DNA of 64,000 nucleotides from Eledone cirrhosa (lineage: Eukaryota). The notes beneath the pieces were generated by a model. That model was not told where the DNA came from. It did not search any database and saw nothing but the letters and a program-made list of their open reading frames with translations. Of this stretch, positions 13,273 through 24,659 are shown piece by piece; the stretch's first letter is position 1; every line of letters begins with the position of its first letter. Made by a program: the position numbers and the translations under genes. The stretch is taken from positions 333,994,001 through 334,058,000 of the forward strand of contig OZ024741.1 of the NCBI GenBank assembly GCA_964016885.1, in the 5' to 3' direction.

Positions 13273-13303
13273 AGCACTGCGACCACAGTTGAATATTCCT
13301 GAC
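13203..13303. repeat. Perfect palindrome centred on (TA)n
   Basis: tgtcaggaatattcaactgtggtcgcagtgcttatg-(TA)n-cataagcactgcgaccacagttgaatattcctgaca. The right arm continues into an RTE-type 3' end on -, similar to 53400-53480. Confidence 0.95.
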
Positions 13304-13615
13304 AAAGTCTCTCCACAATACACAATTTTCCATTGCTCCTGGCAACTACTTCTTACTGGGGTTTTTATCATCTGAGAATTGATCAATGAAAGTTTGAGCA
13401 GTTCTTCCTCTACAATGTCCCCTATATAAAACTTCATTTGTAATATGTTGATGCTAGTTTATGTTTTGTGTGTGTATGTATATATAAAGACATTGCACAA
13501 TATGGCAACTAAACATTAACATATTTTCTCTACCCCAAATTTTATTCTTTTATTTTTTTCCTCTTACTCTCGTCTATCTTTCTAATTCTTTCTTTACCTC
13601 TCATTCTATCTTAAA

Positions 13616-16388
13616 ATAATAATAATAATAATAATAATGAAATTATTGTGTACAGTGGTCAGGTGCACTACAACTCGTCAAAGGTGCATGTATAGTACAT
13701 AGAATAATATACAAATGTCAAGGAAGTGAATAGTGTATGAGTCATGATATACATGTGTGCGTGTGTATGGAGGGGGATATCAGGTGTAGTGCTGGCGAAT
13801 CTCAGGAAGCATGGAGGTTTTAAAGGATGCAGTGTCTCGGCAGCTAACAACTGATGCAGGTAGTTTGTTCCATGCTTCAGCAACTCTGAGCATGAAAAAA
13901 TGTTTCCAAAAGTCATGGGAGCTGTGCTGTTTTCTGACTTTGTGGGCATGTCCACATGGTGTTAGACACATGGAAAACAAAAAGGTACTCAGGGTTGGCA
14001 AGATGGCTAATAATTTTGTGGCTGTTTACCAAGTCAGTTGCCAGAGCTTCAAAGTATCCATGTCCAAGGAAGCAGGGTGTTCAGCGTATGGTAGATGCCT
14101 GATGGAGGGTATTTGCTTGGTTGCACGTCCCTGAACAGTTTCCAGGCAGTCAATGTTCTGAGCAAGATAGGGGTTCCAGACTGGTGATGCAAATTCTAAG
14201 TGTGGCCGCACCATAGCCATGTACAGCCTTAACTAGATAGCTGGAGAGCAGCTGACAAAGGTCTTGCTGAGTGATGCTAAGACAACCTTGGCCCTCTTGA
14301 CAATTTTAGAGACGTGCTTCATTCAATGCAAATCACTGCTGACCGTAATGCCCAGGTCACTCTCACAAGAAGACTTCTTAATATTAGTGTTGTGGAGGGA
14401 GTATGTGGACGCTGGGTTTTTACTTCCAAAATGCATGGTGGAACACTTGTCCACAGCTAGCTTGAGTTGCCAGTCTATGATCCATTGCTGCATTGTGTCC
14501 AGGTCAGATTGCAGGCAAGATCTATAGTGTTCAGGATCTGTCCTTTTTATCTTGATGTCATCTGCATATTTCAGTACTGTGGCATTCTTTAAGTTGGCAT
14601 CTATGTCATTAATATATGCCACAAACAAAAGAGGGCCAGGAACAGATCCCTGTGGTACCCCAGATGACATCTCATATGGTGAGGAATGCTGTCCTAGAAA
14701 TGTGACTACCTCTCTTCGACTGAGAATGAAGGACTTCAACCAGTTAAAAAGATCATCCTTCACACCCATTGCAGAGAGTTTTGCCATAAGTCTTTTGTGT
14801 GGTACAGAATTGAAAGCTTTAGCAAAGTCAAGGTAAACAACATCCACCCATGAGCCGCCATCAGTGATCCGGGTGATGTCTTCAAGAAACTCGATAAGTT
14901 GATCACAACAGCTGGAGTTGGGGATAAATCCAAATTGCGAGGGCCAGATAAGACTGTGAGAGTTCCAGAAGTTCCAAAGCATTTCTCTGACACAGGATTC
15001 CATGAGTTTGGCTGGCAATGCAGCTAGTAAGACTGACTGGACGATAGTTCACAGGTGATGTGCGGTCACGCTTTTTGAACAGAGGAATGATACAGGCAGT
15101 TTTCCACTGTTCTGGAGTAGCACCGTTGTTCAGACAGAATTGGAAGAAGCGTGATAGCTGGTGCAGAAGGAAGTACCCACCACGTTTGAGAAGCAGGTAC
15201 GTAACACCATCAAGACCAGGAGAGGCATGGTTGCATTTAATTTTAAGGTGACGTCGCAGCATTGCAGGTGTAAATTCCATAGTTGTAATAGAATCTGATG
15301 TTGGAGGTGGTGGAGACGGTACACTCTGGTCTTCAATAGTGAAAATGCCTGAATAGCATTCAGTAATGAGTTCTGCCCATTCCTTGGGGTCATCAGTAAC
15401 CTGCTTGTGTGGGGATTGCGAAGAGGACCAACTGGAGAGTGAGGCCTCTGCTTTGAGTGAACATACTTCCAGAACACCTTACTGCCAGGGCTGGTTGCTA
15501 TGCGCTGCTCAAATTGAAGCACTGCCTTTTTTGTCACCTGTTTGAGATGGTTGGATGATTTATTTCGCTTCTTCCTATTGATATCTAATTTATGCAATTT
15601 GTACTCATGTTCAGCATTACAACGTTCTTTTCTGGCAAGACGGACTGCTGCAGTCTCCCAAATTGCACTTTTGGGGTGTTTTTTTCTGCTTACGTGGCAC
15701 CAATGCTGCACATGCTGTCCATATTGAGCTCAGGATGTTCTGGAGTACAGTGTTGACATCTCCAGAGTCGTAGAACTCAAGCCAGTTTGGACGTTGCTAC
15801 TCGGTGCAGTAACAGTTCCAGTCTGCTTTATTCCAGTCAAAGTGAGCAGTTAGGAGATGGTTGTGGTTCTTGTTACTGCCCATGTTGGATAGATTGGCAA
15901 TGATCAGAGTCACCTGAAGGTTCCTCAGTAGTAACACTAATAACCATTTCAGGAGTAGTGGTGAAGAGTAGGTCCAAAGTGTTGCCACCTCTTGTTGGGG
16001 AGGTGACTACTTGGGACCAGTTCAAGTCCAGCACTAGCTCAAGGAAGTCATTTGCACTTTGCGGCCAATGAAAGGTTTCCCTGTCAATCTCAGGGTGATT
16101 GAAGTCCCCTGCAATAAAAACATAAGTGGCTGTTTTCCTGGCAGCTAACTCTGAGGATATCACAAAGTTGAGTGTCCTGAGGGTAATTTGGGGGACAGTA
16201 AACGACTCCAAGTAGCAGTGTTGACATGGTCATACATATATCGCAGAAAAATACCTCTTGCTGCGATTGGTTCAAATCAACACAAGGAATTACTTAAAAA
16301 TTTGACCAAACATAGACCATTACATCACCACCACAACGATTAATGTGGTCTTTATGAAACAAGTTGTAGCCAGTTATGCTGAAAACTA
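13616..16388 (-). mobile_element. CR1-clade LINE, 5'-truncated, with ORF2 (APE endonuclease + RT) broken by stops and frameshifts
   Basis: EN motifs IAGDFNHP, PTRGGNTLDLLFT, SDH. RT motifs NYRPVSLTS, VYLDFAKAF, SGVPQGSV.GPLLF, YADD. C-terminal VRPHLEFASPVWNP and FF..RV..AWNKLP. (ATT)n tail at 13616-13640. Confidence 0.92.
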
Positions 16389-18838
16389 GAGTGAGAATAA
16401 AGGAAGAAGAAAATAAATGAGAAGAAAGTAAAAAGGAAAAAAGGGTTTAGGTTGGTAACGTGTTGAAAGTTTGTTTTACATTAGAGTATGATTTGATGGA
16501 AATTTTGCTGTTATTCCCAGAAGTTTCAACAACTATAGAGGGAATTCTTGATCATTTATAAGTTCTGGTAAATACATGTAAGGGTCAACTGATATATCAC
16601 AATTTAGACCTAATTTTACTTCAACTCTTTTTTTCTCAACCTCAGTGTTACCAGAAACATACATACTCTTTTCAATCTGACTATATATATATTTACATAT
16701 ATATATATATATCAGGGTTTAGATCAATATACAATGATTTCAATCTCATCGCTAAATATACATATATATATATGTAGGTATGTATATATATATATATATA
16801 TATATATGTAGGTATGTATATATATGCACAGAATAACTCATTTGTTCTTATAGATTTGGAAATTACTGTATGAAGTAAAATATGTTATCCCCAAGTGGCT
16901 CTGTATGAATTAAATAATTATATTTAATAATAGATTATTTCTAGCTTTATTATGGAAACATGTGTAGTTGTTAAACCCTTATGTTCTCTCCAGGGGGTTA
17001 TAAACCCCTAATGGTTATTTTAGTGTCACACTAGAAATATTTCCATGTAGAGAATTAATAAAACTGAATAAATGATATGCTCTATTGTGCTTTATGTGTG
17101 TATGTATATATGTATATGTGTGTGTGTATGTATGCACTTGTGAGCATATATAAATGTGTGTGTGTGTGTGATTGTATGCACTTTTCTGCATATATATATA
17201 TGTATATGTGTGTGTGTGTATGTATGAGTATGTATGTGTGTGTGTGTATGTATGTATATATGCATGTGTGTGTGTGTATGTATGTATATATGCATGTGTG
17301 CGTGTGTGTGTATTTGGTTTGGTTGAATTGTAAGAGCACTGAAATATTTGTTTCAGGTTTCTGTGTTCTAAGTTCAAATCCCTTCAACGTCCACTTTGGG
17401 TTTCATTCATTTGAGGTTTGATAAAAACAAGTACCAGCCCAGTGCTATGTGCAGGCTTCTTCCCTTCCAGGGTCACATCCTGGATATTACACAGCATTAC
17501 AAAAGGGATGGCCGAGAGTGTGTGTGTGTGTGACTGCTGAGGTCGATTTTGCCTATAAACCCTTCAGAGTAGATAAAGGGGACTGCACCAACAGTGAACG
17601 AGGGCAACCCTCTTTTCTTCCTGCTACCATATTCTTGATGTTTCACTGGAAGGTGGATCGGCAGAGTGTCCATTCCGGTTCACCGCCTCACAGGCACCTA
17701 TAACTGTTAACGAAAGGCATATACTACCAAGTTTTACTCAATGTAAATAATTCTATCAGTATGTATGTATCTATGTATAGTCAGGAAACTCTTGAGTGTT
17801 ACTGGTAACATGTAACCTAGTACAACCTGTCTCATGGAGGAGGGTGATATTTGGACACCCTGTGGGATGAAATACAAGACCCAGCAAAGGGCAATGGAAC
17901 TTAGCAGAGTCAACGGCCATCCAAATAGTAGTTTTGTTTTTGTTGTTGTTTTGCTTTTTTCACCTGGGAGTGAAAGGCCCCCAGATTTTGTCACAACACC
18001 TTTCTAGAAGATGGAAACGCTGAAAAAAAAACCTGCGGCTTTGGAAGCATCCGATGATGTTGACCAGTTCTCCTTTTCAGAGAGTGGGATTGGTCGAGTG
18101 CAAGACCTTTCTCCACTTGAAAAACCTTCAATGCACAGACATTGCTTGTTCAGGATCTGTTACAAGTTTGTGTGGCTGACTGTAGCCTAAAAGTACACCA
18201 TTTTCTGTAATCTGACAAGCGATTGCAATACTCTTAGCAGAGTTTGCAGCCATCATGTATGTATCGGTATATGTATGTATCTATATATGTATGTGTGTAT
18301 CTATATATATGTATGTGTATATCTATATATGTATGTGTCTATCCATATATGTATGTGTGTATGTATGTATATATGTATGTATGCATGTATGCATGTAAGC
18401 ATGTATGTATGCATGCATACATACATGTATGTACGCATGCATTATGTACATATGCATGTATGTATGTATGCCTGCATGTATGTATATATGTATGCATGTA
18501 TGTATGTAAGTATACCAGCAAGCATACACACATACATAAATATGCATAATACTTATCTTGTGTTGTTGTATTGAGTCCTTTAACATCTTTGATACCAACC
18601 TAGCCAAAACCAGCTTTCATTCTATGAAACAAACTCTCCCATTTAAAATAATTGAAATAGAATGTAATGTCATAAAATACATAGTCTCAAATGTGTTAAT
18701 GTAGGACTTGTCTACTTAATCCTAGACTTAAAACAATTTATGAGCTGTGTGTGTCATATTATATCCACTTTTCTATGCTTGCACACACACACACACATAG
18801 ACACACATATATATATGCATGTATATGAATATATATGC

Positions 18839-19140
18839 ACTAGAAGAGGTACCAGGCAATGCCGAGGTATTTTATGAAAGTAACAATACAGTTTTGCACA
18901 TATAACAAAATATTCAACCAATGAAAAATGATTGCTGTATTTTAACTAAAGTAGAAATTATAGCAGAATATTGTCGCTTGTTCAGAGCAAATCATTTAGA
19001 TAAAGATATTATTAGTTTTGTCCAGTGGTGTTGTTTTGAATACTACTCCCTTTTACAGTCAGCATATATAATGCTTCACCCATAGATGAATCATTAGGTA
19101 TGTTGTCAGTGAAAAGGGCATGAGCAAAAAATACATTTGC
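18839..19140 (-). mobile_element. Possible Helitron 3'-end remnant
   Basis: The minus strand ends cctcGGCAtTGCCtggtacctcttCTAG|T (subterminal hairpin plus CTAG/T). Upstream sequence loosely resembles a helicase C-terminus (VFFAH...KTNNIF). Confidence 0.4.
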
Positions 19141-19262
19141 CAATGTTTCTATGGATGGATGCCCTTCCTATCATCAACCACTTTACAGCGTGTACTGGAT
19201 GTGTTTATCATGTAAATCACCAACATTAGGGTGGTTGTCGTGTCCTTGACACAACTGGAGGG

Positions 19263-19297
<35 letters not shown>

Positions 19298-20479
19298 ATG
19301 TATATTCACATACATGCACACTGCTGGACATTTACAGAATTTCTATTTACTTATATATGATAAAATCTCTTCCTTCAATTCATTTATTATGGTTCTTGCC
19401 ACTTGACACCAAACTCTGGTTCTACAATACAAAACTGTTTATTTTAAAGTGCTTATAATCATTTAATGTCCTCTTTCCCTGATAGCAAGAGTTGGACAGG
19501 TCTATATAGACCATGTCAGTACTGAAGCAGGGCTATTGACTCCAAGACAAGCTGAGGGTCTGCTTTACTAAATCCTTTAAAAGATTTTATTTGACTTTCC
19601 AAAATTAATTGAAAATTATAGGAAGGTTATTTCATTAGAAATATAGCAATGAAAAGGTTAAATAAACTACCTTCTCTAAGTCTGAAGTAAATCCTCATGG
19701 CTGCAACAACTTGCATGGTGTTGTGATTCCTAAGATTAACTCAGAGTTTGAGTAGAAAGTTTATCAAATTCCATGAAACTATCAGGTATAAAATGTACAA
19801 ATATTGATTTTGTCTAGCAATTAGAATATCTACAAGTTTGATTCATGATAATTGCCCTCAGCTATAGCATGTCTTCTGATATCATTAACTTTAGTACCAT
19901 GTTACTTCAAACATTTTGATACTAACCTGGCCAAAATAAGCTCCTGTATTATAAAACAAAGTCAACCATTTTAAAGGGTCCCTATTTAAATTAAAATCTT
20001 TCAATACATTTTTTATATAAGAATCGTACGTTAAGTTACTATCTAAGTGTAATAAAATAATAATGTTAGTAAATATTTCATAATTCTTCAAAATTAATTA
20101 AAATACGTCACCCAAGAAAAGATTCTCAACATTTTCTACTGGGGTCACATGAATGCAGTAACATTACATTAAAAGGTTTCTACTATTATTACTACTAATA
20201 CTACTAACATTACCTTTTTTATGATATTGAATATGACTAGCTGACATCATATCAATATTTCACATCATTTTCCTTTAATTTTTTTCTTTTACATTAAAGA
20301 AAACGAGAATAAAATAGAAAATAAAAATTGCTAAATGATGGCGATATTTTTTTGATTGATACAGTATATGTTCCATATTAATTTCTTAACAATTATTTCT
20401 TTCTGTTACGAGTAAAACACATTTCTTTCTTGATGAGCAAGACACTGTAAGATGGGGTTTTTGAAAGTGATGTGCGAGA

Positions 20480-20750
20480 GAGAAGACTACATTGCTATGG
20501 GCATGAGATACACATGGATGATGATCACTGATTGAAACAGTGCCAAGAAATCCTAGTGGAAAGAAGTCACAATAGAGGTAGACCAAGGAAGAGATGGGCA
20601 GAAGTAATGAGAGCTGATCCCAAATCACTGAGACTCATGGAAGAGATGACAAAGTTACACAAAGAGTGGAGAGGTGTTTTGCTGAAAAGGATCTCTCCCA
20701 CCTATGTAAGTGGAAAAACGGACATGATGATGATGATGATGATGATGATT
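20480..20750 (+). mobile_element. RTE-clade LINE 3' fragment
   Basis: KQCQEILVERSHNRGRPRKRWAEVMRAD followed by an (ATG)n tail. Confidence 0.8.
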
Positions 20751-21499
20751 ATAATAAATCTCCATGGTACACTGTCACGTGACAAAACAACACCAAAAAT
20801 TAGAGGCCTCTATAATTGTGGTAAGTCAAAACATTCAAGTAAAAATGACTCAGGGGTGTTTAAGTGGATGGAAGAGATACTGTCATGAGACCATACAGCT
20901 TCAAAAATCAGAGCTTGTTGTGATAGGGGAATCCTAAGACAAAGACATGCACAAACGTTTCATTAAAACTATCTCAATTCTTTTCTATTGGTTGTATTGT
21001 ATTTCTAAAAGTAACACAATATTAATGTCAATAATAATGGCTACAATCTCAGTGCAGCTCTCTGCCTGACATGTTAACCTAAACTGACAGTGGTGCAATT
21101 GAAATCTGGACACCAGAAATGAAACAATCAGTTTACTTCAAATGACACTTGGATACTGTTTATATATATATATATATACACACACATATATATACATACA
21201 TGCACACAGATATACATACACATGTGTGTGTATATATATATATGTGTAAGCACACACACATGTAAATGCAAGAACAAACTTAAAATAATGATATGTGTGC
21301 ATACACATATACACATAGATAAAAATACATACATACATACATACATATGCATAAATATACACACATATATATTCATAAATATACATATATATTCAAAAAT
21401 GTACATACATGTATTATACATACACATATACACAATACATACACACATGCACACACATACACATATATATATGTGAAAGGTAAACAGAAATAACAAAGC

Positions 21500-22845
21500 A
21501 AATGACACAGTACAATGTAGAAATATATTATTAGTTTTACACTTGATATAGTAGGAAAAGAGTCTTAACGTTTTGGATGCTAGTCCTTCATCAGAAAATA
21601 GAATGATAAATTAAAGAAGAAATAGAGAGATTTAGGAAAAGCGCAGAAGTAGAAGCAGAAACAAAAAAAAAAAATTTAGAAATAAACACAGGTCTATTCA
21701 CGTCACCAGCTCAAGGAAAACTGTTGATGCTAGCAATTTGTGTAAGTTTAGTATTGTTTTAAAAGGTGTTGATCAAGCATGTCTTGCTGAAAAGAAAAAA
21801 AAATCGTTTTGTATCTAGAGCTGTACATTTGCATATATATGAGTGTGTGTGTTTTTGTTATTCACCTATACGAAGCTAAGAGGATATGTGTGTGTATATG
21901 TAAGTATAAGAGAGTGTGTATTTGTATGTACGAAGCTGTGAGCATATGTGTGTGTATGTGTTAGTTGATGGTTTGTACAGAGCAGTGAAGGTATGTGTAG
22001 AGGTGTGTATGTTTGTTGGTCTGTATCAGTTGTAAGAGTGTGTGTTTCTCACCATAACAGAGCCTCAGGAACCTAAGTGGTGAATGTATGCATGCAAGTG
22101 TGGCAGCGGATGAGGTAAGGATGACAGTGGCTTGGGGTAGAGAAGTTAACACAAGCGTATGTGGGCAAAATAAAGAAATTGTGGAGGAGAGTTGAGTCCA
22201 GTGGGGAAACTGGACCCAAGGTGGAAAATCAGTCCTGGTCCATGAGGCCAGTGATTGGTGATGTAAAAGGACACCAAAGACAGAAATGTAGGGAAGAGTG
22301 GCCAGGGGATCAGAAATCATGAGTGACAGGGCTATTCATGCCAAGGAGTATGGCCCTCAACTGTTCAGTGAAATGGTCTGCCAAATGGCAGCTTATTCAT
22401 CCAATGTATATGGACCTGCAAAGGGAACACCAAAGACCATAGACTACTTGAGTGGATGTGCAGCTGAAGGTGTGGTGGATACAGAATGAGCCATTAGTGA
22501 CTGTGAGAGTGCTGAGGTTAGAAATGAAGGGACAGGTGTTACAGCAGGGAAGAGAACAGGGTTGGGGTGGTGGGGGGGTCACATGGAGTCTTAGGACAGG
22601 AAGGGAAGGAACTACATACCAGGAAGTCATGGAGAATACGGGTGTGCTTAAAGGTGGTGATGGGTGGGTTTGGAAAAAAGTGAGAGGGTGTGGAAGCAAA
22701 GAAGGATATGTTGCCTAAGTGGTTGAGTCATGGAGTGGTAGGTGACATGCTGGGGTAAGACAGCTGTGACACGGTCAGTTTCATAATTTGGAATAGGGTA
22801 TGCAGAGTTTGGTGTTAGTGCAATGGGAGGAGGTGAAGTTGATAT
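21500..22845 (-). mobile_element. Penelope-like element 3' fragment (linker, GIY-YIG endonuclease pseudogene, pLTR)
   Basis: Translated pieces VTYHSMTQPLRQHIL, PCSLPCCNTCPFI, FSCTSTQVVYGLWCSLCRSIYIG*..HLADHFTEQLR, then PVTHDF.SPGHS. A hammerhead motif lies downstream at 21562-21599. Confidence 0.85.
21562..21599 (-). ncRNA. Degenerate minimal hammerhead ribozyme in the Penelope pLTR
   Basis: TTTT-CTGATGA-A-GGA-CTAGCA-TCC-AAAA-CG-TT-AAGA. GAAA is mutated to AAAA (CpG-type change); palindromic ACGT stem III. Confidence 0.6.
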
Positions 22846-22970
22846 ACCTATATATGCATATATATACATATACAGATATCTATATATACACATATATATA
22901 CATATATACATATACACATATACGATATATACATACATATACATATATACATATATACACACACATATAC

Positions 22971-23055
22971 ATATTCTATTCTAAGGCGGGTAAAATTCCT
23001 GAGATCCATGGACGAGTTCTCTCCAGCGGTCTCTGTCCCTCATTATCGCTGCCAT
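22971..23055 (-). mobile_element. Short RTE-like LINE 3' end inserted in microsatellite
   Basis: [17 protein letters not shown]... stop, then a (TAGAA)2 tail. Confidence 0.55.
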
Positions 23056-23308
23056 ATATACATACATATATACATACATATATACACATATACATACACA
23101 TATATACACATACGCACACACACACACACATATATATACACACACACATATATATACACACACACATGTATATACACACACACATACACACACCCATACA
23201 CACACATACACACATATACACACACATACACACATATACACACACATATACACACACACATACACGCATATACACACACACACATACACACACACACACA
23301 CACATATA

Positions 23309-23408
<100 letters not shown>

Positions 23409-23560
23409 TAATTAGAGATTCCCTATGAATTTACATTTTATTTGATGGTCTGTGAGATGGTAGGACATGACATTTGAAAGTCAATATTAACTGATAACTC
23501 CTCCACATTCAAACAGATTTTGTCATGGATAATTCACAGAGTTATTAAAAAAAGATGTAA

Positions 23561-23915
23561 ATCATCATCATCATCATCGTTTAACGTCCATCTTCCACGC
23601 TAGCATTGGTTTGGATGGGAATTTTCCCACTTGAGGCAAGATTGGTTGTCTTGCTCGTATAGGACTGTCTGACGGGTTTTCTACGGCTGGATGCCCTTTC
23701 TAACACCAACCACATTTACAGTGTGAACTGGGAGGTTTTTACCGTGTTACCTACATGGCCACATTACAGCGTGGACTGTGTGTTTTTGTCGTGACACCTA
23801 AACGACCTCATTTATTTCGGACTGGATGTTGTGGTACCAACATAACTTTACATCGAAAGGGGTGGTGTGGATGGAGTGGGGCTAGTGGGACGGGGGTGTA
23901 TTTTGGTAAGAGGTG
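23561..23915 (-). mobile_element. RTE LINE 3'-UTR fragment
   Basis: Reverse-complement homologue of 55905-56300 with a (GAT)n tail. Confidence 0.8.
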
Positions 23916-23951
23916 CCTACTGACTGTAAATATTAACTATATATATATATA

Positions 23952-24325
23952 GGGGAGGGTCATATTTGTGTAATAATATTGCCAGAATTAATAAGAGAAC
24001 CCACTCACTGTTTGGTTGGTTTTCGCTTCTGTGTCTTTTATGTCGGTTAATTTAATTTATTCGGTCCTCAATGTTACCATTGACTGACCAACTGTCAAAA
24101 ATACAGATACAATATAGACACAAACACATATATATAGTCTAAGAAAGTTCTTTCGTTGCACATCTGCAACATCGTCAGTGGTGCTATTATGTTTCCTCCC
24201 ATTGTATTGTATGCCTACGCCATCTTTATTTAGTCTATTTATTTATTTATTTATACTTCTCTTAGGTCAGTGTTGTTTGTTTGGGTGTTGTTGTTCCATT
24301 CATTTTTTCTGTTATATATCGCGGT
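23952..24325 (-). mobile_element. Second member of the hammerhead-bearing ATGACCCTCCC-terminated element family
   Basis: Shares gatggc.tag..., the hammerhead core, aaccaaccaa and the ATGACCCTCCC terminus with 2820-3120; bounded by (TA)n. Confidence 0.65.
24141..24182 (-). ncRNA. Hammerhead ribozyme motif (stem I degenerate)
   Basis: CTGACGA-T-GTTGCA-GATG-TGCAAC-GAAA-GAACTTT, with a perfect 6-bp stem II. Confidence 0.55.
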
Positions 24326-24331
24326 TATATA

Positions 24332-24398
<67 letters not shown>

Positions 24399-24659
24399 CA
24401 TATATAGATAGATAGATAGATAGATTTCTTTATTAGCCACAAGGGCGCAACAAGAAAAGGGGACAATACAAAGACATGCCGGGGATTTTACATACAGTCG
24501 TGTAAAAAATATAAAAACAAACAATTTCAACAATCGAAATCCCCAATTGGGGAGAGGCGCCACAAATGGGTTGTTTAATACCCCGTCGATAGAACAACCC
24601 TCAACTCCAGGAGCGTGTTGTGCAAGTGCTCCTTTCTTCCTTTTGCTCTCTTCCTCAAC

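Noticed and set aside
17700-18250. Unique-looking sequence as a possible host exon (also 57300-57500 and 62860-63190)
   Set aside because: No sustained ORF, recognisable domain or convincing splice-site pair.
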